From an uncultured Gemmatimonadales bacterium (GTDB lineage Bacteria; Gemmatimonadota; Gemmatimonadetes; Longimicrobiales; RSA9), in contig CAWCUS010000006.1 in assembly GCA_963798845.1 (NCBI GenBank), forward strand, positions 960,001 to 1,024,000: DNA of 64,000 nt, in the 5' to 3' direction. Below are positions 50,252 through 59,980 of the stretch, in pieces; the first letter of the stretch is position 1, and each line of letters starts with the position of its first letter. The notes beneath the pieces were generated by a model that saw only the letters and a program-made list of their open reading frames with translations, searched no databases and was not told the DNA's origin. A program made the translations under genes and the position numbers.

Positions 50252-50806
50252 TCAGAGCAGGCCGCGGTACTGTGGATTCACCATGAGCTCGCCCTGCTCG
50301 CCCACCACCTGGCGATCCCACGGGAAGATCACGGCCGCGTCCGTCTCCACGGCGTAGAAGTCCGGCTTGTACCCGCCCGTTTTCACGATGCTGGTCGCGG
50401 TCTTGAGGGCGGCGGGGCTCACGGCCCGCACCGCGGACACGGCCATGCGCAGGGTCTCCCCCGAGGTGCAGATCTCGTCCACGATGAGCACGCGGCGGCC
50501 CCTGGCCTGAAGCGGGGCGGCGCTCAGGACCTTGGGCTGCTCGCGCACCCGCTCCATGCCGGACCGGCGGGTTATGGTCATGGAGAAGAAGTCCTGGCGC
50601 AGGATCGTGGCGATCACCGCCCCTGGAATCACGCCCGCCTTGGCAATGCCGATGATGAGGTCCGGCGCGTACTCGCGGGCCACGTTCAGCGCCAGGGCGC
50701 GGGACAGCTCACCGAACACCTCCCAGGTCAGCTCCAGGATGCCGTCGCCGTCGAGGGACGCCTCCGGTGCACCCGGAAGTTGGGACTGAAGCCGCTGCGC
50801 AGGCAT
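50252..50806 (-). CDS. Type I phosphoribosyltransferase
   Basis: IIGIAKAG, PRPP loop VLIVDEICTSGET and IFPW (xanthine/guanine PRT-like). Confidence 0.88.
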   Translation of the reverse strand: MPAQRLQSQLPGAPEASLDGDGILELTWEVFGELSRALALNVAREYAPDLIIGIAKAGVIPGAVIATILRQDFFSMTITRRSGMERVREQPKVLSAAPLQARGRRVLIVDEICTSGETLRMAVSAVRAVSPAALKTATSIVKTGGYKPDFYAVETDAAVIFPWDRQVVGEQGELMVNPQYRGLL

Positions 50807-50907
50807 GGGTGTTCTCCGGTTCGGGGGAACGCAAGGCTAAGTTAGCGGTGGGTCCCGGCGCATGGAAGCGGCTTGACCGTCCCGCCGGCTGCCGGCATCC
50901 TCCGGCC

Positions 50908-51378
50908 ATGGCAGCAGCATCCGACGAATCCCGGGCCGTCGCCGACGCCCGCCTGGCGGCGGCGCTGGAATCGGCCTCCATTCGCGACCCCAGGCCGTAC
51001 TATCGGCACGCGCTCGTCCAGCTGAAGCAGCGCAGTCCCAATGGTTACGCCCGGGCGGTGGCGTACTTCGACGAGCAACTCGTCCCAACCGTCGCCGGCG
51101 ACGGGGATCCCCTGACCTCGTGGCTCGCGTACGGCCGCATGATCGCCGGCGAGATCGGGCCCGGATGCGAAGTGGAGGTCGACCCGTCCGGCCGCGTGCT
51201 GGCGCCCGACGTTCAGCGCCCGGGGCGTGGCCTGCTGTTGTGGCTCCCGGACGATGAGGCAGCGCCCGCGACCCTGCTCCGAGCTCCCCGGAAGTGGACG
51301 CGGGCGCAGGAGGCCACCGTGGAGCTGCTGGTTCAGGGGCGAGTCACCGCCTCCGCATACGAAGAGCCGCGGCGGTAG
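50908..51378 (+). CDS. Hypothetical protein
   Basis: ATG 6 nt after TTGACC-N17-CATCCT; protein-like sequence (DPRPYYR...EVDPSGR). Confidence 0.7.
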   Translation: MAAASDESRAVADARLAAALESASIRDPRPYYRHALVQLKQRSPNGYARAVAYFDEQLVPTVAGDGDPLTSWLAYGRMIAGEIGPGCEVEVDPSGRVLAPDVQRPGRGLLLWLPDDEAAPATLLRAPRKWTRAQEATVELLVQGRVTASAYEEPRR

Positions 51379-51448
51379 ACGGTCGTCCCGGTGGCTCAGG
51401 CGACCCGGGCGGTGGAACTGCTTCCTCTGCGAACCCCTGGCGGGTCCG

Positions 51449-52714
51449 CTATCCGGCCTTGGTCATGCTGTCCAGGAACTCCTGGTTCGTCTTGGTGCGG
51501 CGCATCCGCTCGAGCAGGAACTCCAGGGCCTCCGCCGGGGGCATGTCCGAGAGGAAATTGCGCAGCAGGTAGACGCGGTTGAGCTCCGAATCGTTGAGGA
51601 GGAGCTCCTCCTTGCGGGTGCTCGACCGGTTGATGTCGATGGCGGGGAAAATCCGCTTGTCGGCAATGTGCCGGTCGAGGATCACCTCCATGTTCCCCGT
51701 CCCCTTGAACTCCTCGAAGATCACCTCGTCCATCCTCGAGCCCGTCTCGATGAGCGCGGTGGCGATGATGGTGAGGGACCCGCCGCCGTCAATGTTCCGG
51801 GCTGCGCCGAAGAAGCGCTTGGGCTTGTGCAGCGCATTGGCGTCCACGCCGCCGGAGAGGATCTTCCCGGAATGCGGCACCGTGACGTTGTACGCGCGGG
51901 CGAGGCGGGTGATGGAGTCGAGGAGGATGACGACGTCGCGTCCGGCTTCCACGAGGCGCTTCGCCTTCTCCAGGACCATCTCCGCCACCTGGGTGTGACG
52001 GTCGGCCGGCTCGTCGAACGTGGAGGAGATGATCTCGGCCGGAACGTGCTCCTCCATGTCCGTGACCTCCTCGGGCCGCTCGTCGATGAGCAGAACGATG
52101 AGGTGGACCTCGGGCTGATTCTCGATCACCGAGTTGGCGATCTTCTGGAGGAGGATCGTCTTTCCGGCCTTCGGCGGCGAGACGATGAGCCCGCGCTGCC
52201 CCTCGCCGATCGGGCTGATCAGGTCCATCAGCCGCATGGACAGGTCGCCGGTGGCGTTCTCCAGTCGCAGCCGCTTTTCCGGGTAGCGGGGGCGGAGGTT
52301 GTCGAACGCGATCCGGTGCTTCGCGGTGTCCGGGTCCGCCCCGTTGACCTCCTCCACCTTCAGCAGGGCGAGGTAGCGCTCGCCCTCCTTCGGTGGGCGC
52401 ACCTGTCCGAGCACCGTGTCGCCCGTGCGCAGGTCGAACCGCTTGATCTGCGAGGGCGAGACGTAGATGTCGTCCGGGCCGTAGAGGTAGTTCCAGTCCT
52501 GGGAGCGCAGGAAGCCGTAGCCCTCCGGAAGCACTTCGAGGACGCCCTCTCCGCGCAGCACTACATCGCTGTCCAGCAGGTTCTGCTCGATCCGGAATAT
52601 GAGGTCCTGCTTCCGGAGGCCCGAAAAATTGGAAATCTGGAGCTCCTCGGCCATGTCGTGGAGCTCGGGGATCGATTTACTCTTCAGTTCTGCGATGTCC
52701 ACGTGAGTCTCCAT
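51449..52714 (-). CDS. rho: Transcription termination factor Rho
   Basis: [33 protein letters not shown] and FFGAARN. Confidence 0.97.
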   Translation of the reverse strand: METHVDIAELKSKSIPELHDMAEELQISNFSGLRKQDLIFRIEQNLLDSDVVLRGEGVLEVLPEGYGFLRSQDWNYLYGPDDIYVSPSQIKRFDLRTGDTVLGQVRPPKEGERYLALLKVEEVNGADPDTAKHRIAFDNLRPRYPEKRLRLENATGDLSMRLMDLISPIGEGQRGLIVSPPKAGKTILLQKIANSVIENQPEVHLIVLLIDERPEEVTDMEEHVPAEIISSTFDEPADRHTQVAEMVLEKAKRLVEAGRDVVILLDSITRLARAYNVTVPHSGKILSGGVDANALHKPKRFFGAARNIDGGGSLTIIATALIETGSRMDEVIFEEFKGTGNMEVILDRHIADKRIFPAIDINRSSTRKEELLLNDSELNRVYLLRNFLSDMPPAEALEFLLERMRRTKTNQEFLDSMTKAG

Positions 52715-52865
52715 TTCACGTCCGCTTCATTCCGCCCATGCCCCGGCAGGGTGCGCCGGCGCGATGGTACGTCGCGGAGGGTGTGAATTGGGAAGAACGG
52801 AAATGTCGATCGGCGGAACCGGTGCCCCGCCTTCGGCAGGTTTGTGGTCGCGGGTGATTGGCGCA

Positions 52866-52894
52866 AGGTTACCACCGGGTGGCTCCCCGGTCAA
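52866..52894 (-). promoter_or_regulatory. sigma70-type promoter of rho
   Basis: On the minus strand: TTGACC-N17-TAACCT, about 150 nt upstream of the start. Confidence 0.65.
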
Positions 52895-53002
52895 GAGGCT
52901 GTGGCCCCGAACGGCGTGACGTAGGCCGGTGTGCGATGCAAAGGTTCGCTTGACACCGGTGCGGGCGGGGAGGACTTTATCCTCCCACCGACGAGAGAAC
53001 GC

Positions 53003-53350
53003 ATGGCGCGCCATAATCGTGAAGGCCAGGGGACGGACCAGCGAGGCTACGAGTACGTCATCAGCTATCAGCCGGACTGGCTCGGCCACGTGAAGGTGAC
53101 ACGGCTGCTGGAATCGGGTCGGCAGTCGACGAAAACGCTCTTTACGAACCCGGACGCACCCGAGCGTTCGCCGGGCCGGCAGGTCCGTACGGAGATCGGC
53201 AGTGATGATCAGGGGCTCCGGTTCCAGGTTGTGCTGCACGACCCCCGCAAGGTCGTGCGTCGGATCATCATCGAGACCGGAGCAGCCGGGTCGAGCGCGG
53301 GCGAACTGGGCGACTCCGACATCCAGTTCATCATCGACCCGCACGGCTGA
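53003..53350 (+). CDS. Hypothetical protein
   Basis: MARHNREG...YQPDWL...SGRQSTKTLF; divergent from rho. Confidence 0.7.
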   Translation: MARHNREGQGTDQRGYEYVISYQPDWLGHVKVTRLLESGRQSTKTLFTNPDAPERSPGRQVRTEIGSDDQGLRFQVVLHDPRKVVRRIIIETGAAGSSAGELGDSDIQFIIDPHG

Positions 53351-53353
53351 CGC

Positions 53354-54301
53354 TCACGGAAGAAACATCCGCACGGCGAGGCCGCTGGCGTTCGCGACCA
53401 TGGAGTCGACCTGCGCGCGGAGCCGCTGCACGGCGTGCAGCAGCGCCGAATCGCGCTGGATCCGGGCGACGATCCCGGTCCCGCTCCGCAGCCGGTCCTG
53501 CAGGCTGTCCACGGAGACCCCCAGCTCCGTGGCCTGCCTGCCCAGGTCGAGGAGCGGCTCTCGCAGGCCGCCGCTGCGGCCGGGGTCGAAGCGAGCGGCA
53601 GCGGCAGCGAGCGCGGTGTCCACGGCTTCCAGGTCACGGCGCACCGCGTGGAGGCGGTCGAGCACCTCCCCTTCTCCCCACGCTCGTTTCATGGCACCCG
53701 AACGCAGGCCGCCGCTCAGCGCTCCCGCTTCCCGGTCCAGCGCGGACAGGGCGGCGCCCAGGCGCTGAAGCTCCGGCACCCGGGCGCTCACCAGGGCGTG
53801 GACCGCACCGGTGTCGGCCAGGACGGAGTGCACGCCCGCGCTCAGTGCCCGGCCGCGGGCCAGGATGGTATCGAGGGACGGGAGGTCGTGGGCGGCGAGG
53901 GTATCCCCGTCGCGGAGCACGGCCGCGCTGTCGTGACCGGCCGTGAGCGCGACCACCGGCTGGCCGACGAAGCGCTGGCGCGTGGCGCGGGCGCGGCTAT
54001 CGGCACGCAGGACAGCGCCGGCGCGACCTTCGAGTCGGAGCCGTAGCGCGATCGCCGCCGAGTCGCCGGCCTTCTGGAAGCCGATGCGGGTGACGCGGCC
54101 CACGGGCACGCCCTCGAGGAGCACGGGCGAGCCGATCCGGACGGCGGGCGCCTCCGGGACCAGGGCCACGATCTCGAGGTGGTCGCGGAAGAGCTCCTGG
54201 ATGGCATCCAGGTTGACGATGAGGACGGCAGAAAGCACGAGCACGCCGATCATGACGTATCCGCGCGCCGGCCGCCCCGGCCGGACTTTGTCGTTGGGCA
54301 C
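53354..54301 (-). CDS. MlaD/MCE family protein (start uncertain)
   Basis: N-terminal TM and MCE motif GSPVLLEGVPVGRV, followed by a helical region. Confidence 0.82.
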   Translation of the reverse strand: MPNDKVRPGRPARGYVMIGVLVLSAVLIVNLDAIQELFRDHLEIVALVPEAPAVRIGSPVLLEGVPVGRVTRIGFQKAGDSAAIALRLRLEGRAGAVLRADSRARATRQRFVGQPVVALTAGHDSAAVLRDGDTLAAHDLPSLDTILARGRALSAGVHSVLADTGAVHALVSARVPELQRLGAALSALDREAGALSGGLRSGAMKRAWGEGEVLDRLHAVRRDLEAVDTALAAAAARFDPGRSGGLREPLLDLGRQATELGVSVDSLQDRLRSGTGIVARIQRDSALLHAVQRLRAQVDSMVANASGLAVRMFLP

Positions 54302-54382
54302 GGTGGGCCCCGGGTGCAAGCGCCGGGCCGCTCGGCGGCAGGAGGGTGGCCGGGCGAGAGGGGCGATTCTATGTTGCCCGGC

Positions 54383-55165
54383 ATGACCGGCGCATTGAGC
54401 GCGCCCCTGGCATGGATCGGCAGCACCGTGCTCACCGTTCTGGCGGGCTTCGGCGCATTCGGACGATTCCTTTTCCGGGCCACGCGCGCGGTGACTGACA
54501 CGGCCACGTGGACGCAGGAGCTGGTGGGGCAGATGGCGAGGGTGGGCGTCGCGTCCATCCCCATCGCGCTCTTCATCGCGGCGTTCACGGGGATCGTGCT
54601 GGCCCTCCAGGCCTCCTATACCTTCACGGGCGCGGTGCCGCTCTACTTCGTGGGCGTGCTCGTGGGCAAGACCATGCTCCTGGAGCTGGGCCCCGTGCTC
54701 ACCGGACTGGCGCTCGCCGGACGCGTGGGCGCGAACATCGCGGCGGAGATCGGGACCATGCGGGTCACCGAGCAGATCGACGCGCTCGAGACCCTGGCGT
54801 ACAACCCCTTCTCCTACCTGGTGGTGCCGCGGGTGCTCGCGGGCGTGATCATGTTCCCGCTGGTGGTGGCGTTCGCGGACGCCATGGGAATCGTCGCCGG
54901 GTGGGTCACGGCGATCAATTTGCTGGACCTCTCGTCGCCCGAGTTCGCCCGTGGCCTGCGGCTTTACTTTGTGTCGTTCGACGTGACGTACTCGCTCATC
55001 AAGGCCGCGTCCTTCGGCTTCGCCGTGACCGCCATCGGCTCCTTCTTCGGCTTCACCACCCGTGGCGGCGCCGAGGCCGTGGGCCGCTCGACCACGCAGG
55101 CCGTCGTGATCAGCAGCATGCTGATCCTGGTCCTGGACGCGTTCTGGGCGGTGACGCTGCTGTGA
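54383..55165 (+). CDS. mlaE: MlaE family lipid ABC permease
   Basis: ELGPVLTGL, AGRVGA, AAEIGTMRVTEQIDAL and GGAEAVG. Confidence 0.93.
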   Translation: MTGALSAPLAWIGSTVLTVLAGFGAFGRFLFRATRAVTDTATWTQELVGQMARVGVASIPIALFIAAFTGIVLALQASYTFTGAVPLYFVGVLVGKTMLLELGPVLTGLALAGRVGANIAAEIGTMRVTEQIDALETLAYNPFSYLVVPRVLAGVIMFPLVVAFADAMGIVAGWVTAINLLDLSSPEFARGLRLYFVSFDVTYSLIKAASFGFAVTAIGSFFGFTTRGGAEAVGRSTTQAVVISSMLILVLDAFWAVTLL

Positions 55166-55914
55166 GCATCGTGCTGGAGCGCGTGTCGAAGTCCTTCGGC
55201 CCGAAGCGGGTCCTGGAGGAAGTCTCGCTGGAGGTCCACGAGGGTGAGACGGTTGCCGTGATCGGCGCGTCGGGCGTGGGGAAGTCGGTGCTGCTCAAGA
55301 CCATCGTGGGCCTCCTGGAGCCGGACCAGGGGCACGTGGAGGTGGACGGACTGATCGTGATGGAGCTGTCGCGCGAGGCGCTTTACGAGCTTCGTCGCGG
55401 CGTGGGCTACGTCTTCCAGTTCGCAGCGCTGTTCGACTCCATGACAGTGCAGGAGAACATTGAGATGGGGCTGCGGCGGATGACGGATCTGCCCGCCGCG
55501 GAGCGGTCGCAGCGGGTGGAGGAGTCGCTCCGGCTCGTGGAGCTGGAGGGCTACGGACCGCAGATGCCGGGGCAGCTCTCGGGCGGGCAGCGCAAGCGGG
55601 TGGGCCTCGCCCGTGCGGTGGCCACGCACCCGAAGTACCTGCTGTACGACGAGCCCACCACGGGCCTCGACCCGGTGACCACGTCGGTGATCGACGGGCT
55701 GATCCTGAAGATGGATCGGGAGATCGGCGTCACCAGCGTGGTGGTGACGCACGACATGACCAGCGCGTACCGTGTAGCCGATCGGATCGCCATGCTGTAC
55801 GAAGGCCGCATCCGCAGCGTGGGGACGCCGGAACAGATCCAGGCCACGGACGACCCGATCGTCCGCGGCTTCATCGAGGGGCGGCCCGAGCTGATGCAGG
55901 AGACGACGACGTGA
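55162..55914 (+). CDS. mlaF: MlaF family ABC ATPase
   Basis: GASGVGKS, VFQFAALFDS, LSGGQRKR and YDEPTTGLDP. Confidence 0.93.
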   Translation: MSIVLERVSKSFGPKRVLEEVSLEVHEGETVAVIGASGVGKSVLLKTIVGLLEPDQGHVEVDGLIVMELSREALYELRRGVGYVFQFAALFDSMTVQENIEMGLRRMTDLPAAERSQRVEESLRLVELEGYGPQMPGQLSGGQRKRVGLARAVATHPKYLLYDEPTTGLDPVTTSVIDGLILKMDREIGVTSVVVTHDMTSAYRVADRIAMLYEGRIRSVGTPEQIQATDDPIVRGFIEGRPELMQETTT

Positions 55915-56900
55915 GCATGCGATCCGAAGTCCGCGTGGGGCTCGTCTTCATCCTGAGCATCATCCTGATCGTCACCGGCACCATCTGGATGCAGGGGTGG
56001 CGGGTGGGACAGGAGGAGCACGAGGTCCGGGCGTGGTTCCGGGAAGTCGGCCAGCTCCAGACGGGCAGCGCGGTGAAGCTGCGCGGCGTGCCCATCGGAC
56101 GGGTCGAGGACATCACGCTGGACACCCGTGCGGCCGGCGTGATGGTGCAGATGAGCGTCTCATCGGACGCGGCGCTGCCCGAGGACGCGGTCGTGATCCT
56201 CGCGCCCGAGTCCATGTTCGGCGACTGGCAGGCCGAGATCTCGTCCCGCTCCCGCTACGAGTTCTACGACTATGCGATCCCCCAGGAGCAGGGGGTGCTC
56301 CCCGGCTACTCGCTGCCGGACATGTCCCGCCTCACCGCGGTCGCCGACCGGATCGCGCAGAACCTGGCGGTAATCACGGATCGCGTGGACATCGCTTTCA
56401 CCGACGAGACGGCGAAGAACATCCGGCAGGCCATCGACAACATCCAGGAAGTCACGGCCCAGCTGACGGACCTCATGCAGGCGCAGGAGCACACGGTGGA
56501 GGGGGTGGCCGCCGGGCTGGAGACCACGGCGAAGACGCTCGGGGAAGCGGCCGAGACCGCCAACCGCGCGTTCGTCGAGATCGAGGGCGCGATCTCGCAA
56601 GGGCAGCTGGCCGCGATCGTGAACAATGTCCAGACGACGACGGCGGCGCTCGACACCCTCGCCCGGCAGCTGGGCGCCACCAGCGGCAACATCCAGAACA
56701 CCATCGTGTCCGCGGACAGCGCGTTCGCTTCCCTGAGCTCGATCCTCGCCCAGGTGCAGCAGGGGCAGGGGACGCTCGGACAGCTGCTGCAGGACACGGC
56801 GCTCTACAACCATCTGGTCCAGACCAACGCCCTCGTCCAGGACCTGCTCCTGGACTTCCAGCGGAACCCGAAGAAGTACATCAATTTGACGGTGTTTTAG
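55911..56900 (+). CDS. mlaD: MlaD/MCE family protein
   Basis: EVRVGL plus TM, GSAVKLRGVPIGRV, GTLGQLL and NPKKYI. Confidence 0.9.
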   Translation: MSMRSEVRVGLVFILSIILIVTGTIWMQGWRVGQEEHEVRAWFREVGQLQTGSAVKLRGVPIGRVEDITLDTRAAGVMVQMSVSSDAALPEDAVVILAPESMFGDWQAEISSRSRYEFYDYAIPQEQGVLPGYSLPDMSRLTAVADRIAQNLAVITDRVDIAFTDETAKNIRQAIDNIQEVTAQLTDLMQAQEHTVEGVAAGLETTAKTLGEAAETANRAFVEIEGAISQGQLAAIVNNVQTTTAALDTLARQLGATSGNIQNTIVSADSAFASLSSILAQVQQGQGTLGQLLQDTALYNHLVQTNALVQDLLLDFQRNPKKYINLTVF

Positions 56901-56904
56901 GGGC

Positions 56905-57204
56905 GGGGCTCGGCCTGCGGCCTCGCAGAGGGGCTCGGCCTGCGGCCTCGCAGAGGGGCTCGGCCTGCGGCCTCGCAGAGGGGCTCGGCCTGCGGCCTCG
57001 CAGAGGGGCTCGGCCTGCGGCCTCGCAGAGGGGCTCGGCCTGCGGCCTCGCAGAGGGGCTCGGCCTGCGGCCTCGCAGAGGGGCTCGGCCTGCGGCCTCG
57101 CAGGGGGGCTCGGCCTGCGGCCTCGCAGGGGGGCTCGGCCTGGGGCCTCGCAGGGGGGCTCGGCCTGCGGCCTCGCAGGGGGGCTCGGCCTGGGGCCTCG
57201 CAGG
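56905..57204 (+). repeat. Tandem array, 12 copies of 25-bp GGGGCTCGGCCTGCGGCCTCGCAGA
   Basis: Counted by hand. Units 1-7 are identical, units 8-12 end in G instead of A, and units 10 and 12 have a TGG loop. Confidence 0.95.
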
Positions 57205-57278
57205 GGGGTGGGTCCGGCTGTTGCGTGGGGGGCGGGGGGTTGGGCAACTTGCGCACCCCGGGGGGGAGCGGGGCGGCG

Positions 57279-58520
57279 ATGGCGCTACTGGTCCAGAAAT
57301 TCGGCGGCACGTCCGTGGGCAGCCCGGAGCGGATCCGGCGCGTGGCGGAGCGTGTCTCCCGATGCCGGCGCGAGGGTCACGATCTGGTGGTGGTGGTCTC
57401 GGCGATGGGGGACACGACGGACGACCTGCTGGCGCTGGCGAGGTCGGTGACGGAACGGCCGGAGCGGCGGCATCCGCGTGAGCTGGACATGCTGCTGACG
57501 GCGGGTGAGCGCGTCTCCATCGCGCTGCTGGCGATGGCGATCCGGGACGCGGGTGTCGAGGCCATCAGCTTCACCGGGTCGCAGGCGGCGATCATCACGG
57601 ACTCGCAGCACACGGGCGCACGGATCGAGGAGGTGCGGGCGGATCGCGTGCGCGAGGAGCTTGCGGGCGGGCGGGTGGTCATTGTCGCCGGCTTCCAGGG
57701 GGTGAGTCGCAGCCGGGAGGTGACCACGCTGGGGCGGGGTGGCTCGGACACGACGGCGGTGGCGCTCGCCGCGGCGCTGGGCGCGGAACGGTGCGACATC
57801 TTCACGGACGTGGACGGTGTCTACAGCGCCGATCCCCACGTAGTGCCCGATGCGCGGCGGCTGCCGTGTGTGGGCTATGAGGAAATGGTCGAGCTCGCGG
57901 TCTCGGGCGCGCAGGTGTTGCACCCCAGGGCCGTGGAGATCGCGGCTCGCTACCAGGTCCCGGTGCGCGTTCTTTCATCGCTGGATCCCGGAGAGGAGGG
58001 AGGCACCCTGATCGCGAGCAGACGGCCGACCATGGAGGATCCCGCCATCACCGGCGTGGCCTCGGAAGGGGGATATGCACAGCTGGTGCTGCGCGGGCTT
58101 CCCCCGGCCATGACCACCATGACGACGGTGCTGTCGCGGCTGACGGATGCGGGCGTGAGCGTGGACCTGCTGACGCAGGTCGACCGCGCGGACGGGCGAA
58201 GGGCGATCCAGATCACGGTCAGCGAGGCGGAGCTGCCGGATGCGCTGGAGATCTGCCGGTCCGTGGTGGGCGAGCTGGGTGGAGAGGGAGTGGACGAGCG
58301 CCGGGGCCTCGCCCGGGTCGCCCTGGTCGGGGGCGGGATGCACAAGCGACCGGGCGTGTTCGCCCGGGTGTTCGAGACGCTCCGGGCTGAAGGGGTCGAC
58401 GTGCACGCGGTCTCGTCGTCGTCGGTTTCCATCGTTCTCATGGTGGACGCGGCCGAGGAGGAGCGAGCCGTCCGGCTGGTCCACCACGCCTTCGGTCTCG
58501 GGTCCGCGGGAGCGGCGTGA
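57279..58520 (+). CDS. lysC: Aspartate kinase
   Basis: [25 protein letters not shown] and TDVDGVY; two C-terminal ACT-like domains. Confidence 0.94.
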   Translation: MALLVQKFGGTSVGSPERIRRVAERVSRCRREGHDLVVVVSAMGDTTDDLLALARSVTERPERRHPRELDMLLTAGERVSIALLAMAIRDAGVEAISFTGSQAAIITDSQHTGARIEEVRADRVREELAGGRVVIVAGFQGVSRSREVTTLGRGGSDTTAVALAAALGAERCDIFTDVDGVYSADPHVVPDARRLPCVGYEEMVELAVSGAQVLHPRAVEIAARYQVPVRVLSSLDPGEEGGTLIASRRPTMEDPAITGVASEGGYAQLVLRGLPPAMTTMTTVLSRLTDAGVSVDLLTQVDRADGRRAIQITVSEAELPDALEICRSVVGELGGEGVDERRGLARVALVGGGMHKRPGVFARVFETLRAEGVDVHAVSSSSVSIVLMVDAAEEERAVRLVHHAFGLGSAGAA

Positions 58521-59491
58521 GGGTCGCGGTGCTGGGCGCCACTGGCGCCGTCGGTCGCACGATGCTCCAGGTCCTGGAAGAGCGGCTCCCGGAAGCGGAC
58601 GAGATCATCCCGCTCGCGTCCGAGCGGTCGAGGGGGACCACGCTTGCGTGGCGAGGGCGGGACTGGACGGTGGAACTGCCGGAGGCGGGAATCTTCGCGG
58701 GTTGCGACGTCGCCCTGTTCTCCGCGGGCGCGTCTCTGAGCCGGGAGTGGGCGCCGGTGGCGGCGTCGGAAGGGGCCGTGGTGGTGGACAACTCCTCGGC
58801 ATGGCGAATGGACCCGGAAGTGCCGCTGGTGGTCCCGGAAGTGAACGCCGGAGCGATCGACGCGGCGCCCAGGGGGATCATCGCGAATCCGAACTGCTCC
58901 ACGATCCAGCTGGTCCTGCCGTTGTTCGCGCTGCACAACGCGGCAGGGCTCCGGCGTGTCCAGGCCACGACCTACCAGTCGGTGTCCGGCGCGGGACAGA
59001 AGGGCATTCTGGCGTACCGCGCCGAGCTGGACGGTGGGGCAGCGGCTTCTTCGCCGTTTCCGGGGATCATCGCGGGCAACGTGATCCCGCGCATCGGGCC
59101 CATGCTGGCCGACGGCTGGACCGAGGAGGAGGTCAAGATGCGGAACGAGAGCCGCAAGATCCTCGGGCTCCCGTCGCTGGAGGTGACCGCCACGTGTGTG
59201 CGCGTCCCGGTGGAGGTGGGCCACGCGGTCAGCGTGGTGGTGGAGCTGGCGCGGCCGCTGGCGCTGGCCGACGCCCGTGCCGCCCTCGCCGCGACCCCGG
59301 GCGTCCGCGTGGCGGACGAGCACGCGGACCCGCTGCCGCGCGACGTGGCCGGCACGGACGACGTGTGGGTGGGGCGATTGCGGGGGGATCCCGATCGGGC
59401 ACACCTTGTCCACATGTGGATCGTGGCCGACAACCTCCGGAAGGGCGCGGCGACCAACGCCGTGCAGATCGCGGCGCTCCTGCGTGAGTAG
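58517..59491 (+). CDS. asd: Aspartate-semialdehyde dehydrogenase
   Basis: [28 protein letters not shown] and DNLRKGAA. Confidence 0.96.
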   Translation: MRVAVLGATGAVGRTMLQVLEERLPEADEIIPLASERSRGTTLAWRGRDWTVELPEAGIFAGCDVALFSAGASLSREWAPVAASEGAVVVDNSSAWRMDPEVPLVVPEVNAGAIDAAPRGIIANPNCSTIQLVLPLFALHNAAGLRRVQATTYQSVSGAGQKGILAYRAELDGGAAASSPFPGIIAGNVIPRIGPMLADGWTEEEVKMRNESRKILGLPSLEVTATCVRVPVEVGHAVSVVVELARPLALADARAALAATPGVRVADEHADPLPRDVAGTDDVWVGRLRGDPDRAHLVHMWIVADNLRKGAATNAVQIAALLRE

Positions 59492-59966
59492 GGGGGCGGG
59501 GTCCCGCAGGCGGTACGGTCCGCGACGGCCGGTCCGGATCGAGACCAGCGCGGGCGGGGTGGTGTTCCGGAGGAACGGCACGGAGGTGTTCTTCCTGCTC
59601 ATCCGCGACCCCTACCAGAACTGGGGCCTGCCGAAAGGTCATGTGGAGCGGGGGGAGACGCCCGAGCAGACGGCGCTGCGGGAGGTGCAGGAGGAGACGG
59701 GGATCGCCGAGCTGCGGCTGCAGGAGCCGCTGGACACCATCGACTGGTTCTTTCGCGAGGGGCCGGACCTGATCCACAAGTACTGCCACTTCTACCTCAT
59801 GGAGACGGGCACGGAAGCCACTGTCCCCCAGATCGAGGAGGGGATCACGGCGTGCCTGTGGCTGCCGCTGCCCGACGCGCTGGAGACGCTGACGTACGAC
59901 AACGCGCGGGCGGTGCTGGAAACGGCGGGCGAGCGGGTGACGTCGCCGGAGCGCGGGAACGACTGA
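59484..59966 (+). CDS. NUDIX hydrolase
   Basis: SAGGVVF and Nudix box GHVERGETPEQTALREVQEETG. Confidence 0.9.
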   Translation: MSRGAGSRRRYGPRRPVRIETSAGGVVFRRNGTEVFFLLIRDPYQNWGLPKGHVERGETPEQTALREVQEETGIAELRLQEPLDTIDWFFREGPDLIHKYCHFYLMETGTEATVPQIEEGITACLWLPLPDALETLTYDNARAVLETAGERVTSPERGND

Positions 59967-59980
59967 GCGGGGCGACAGCG

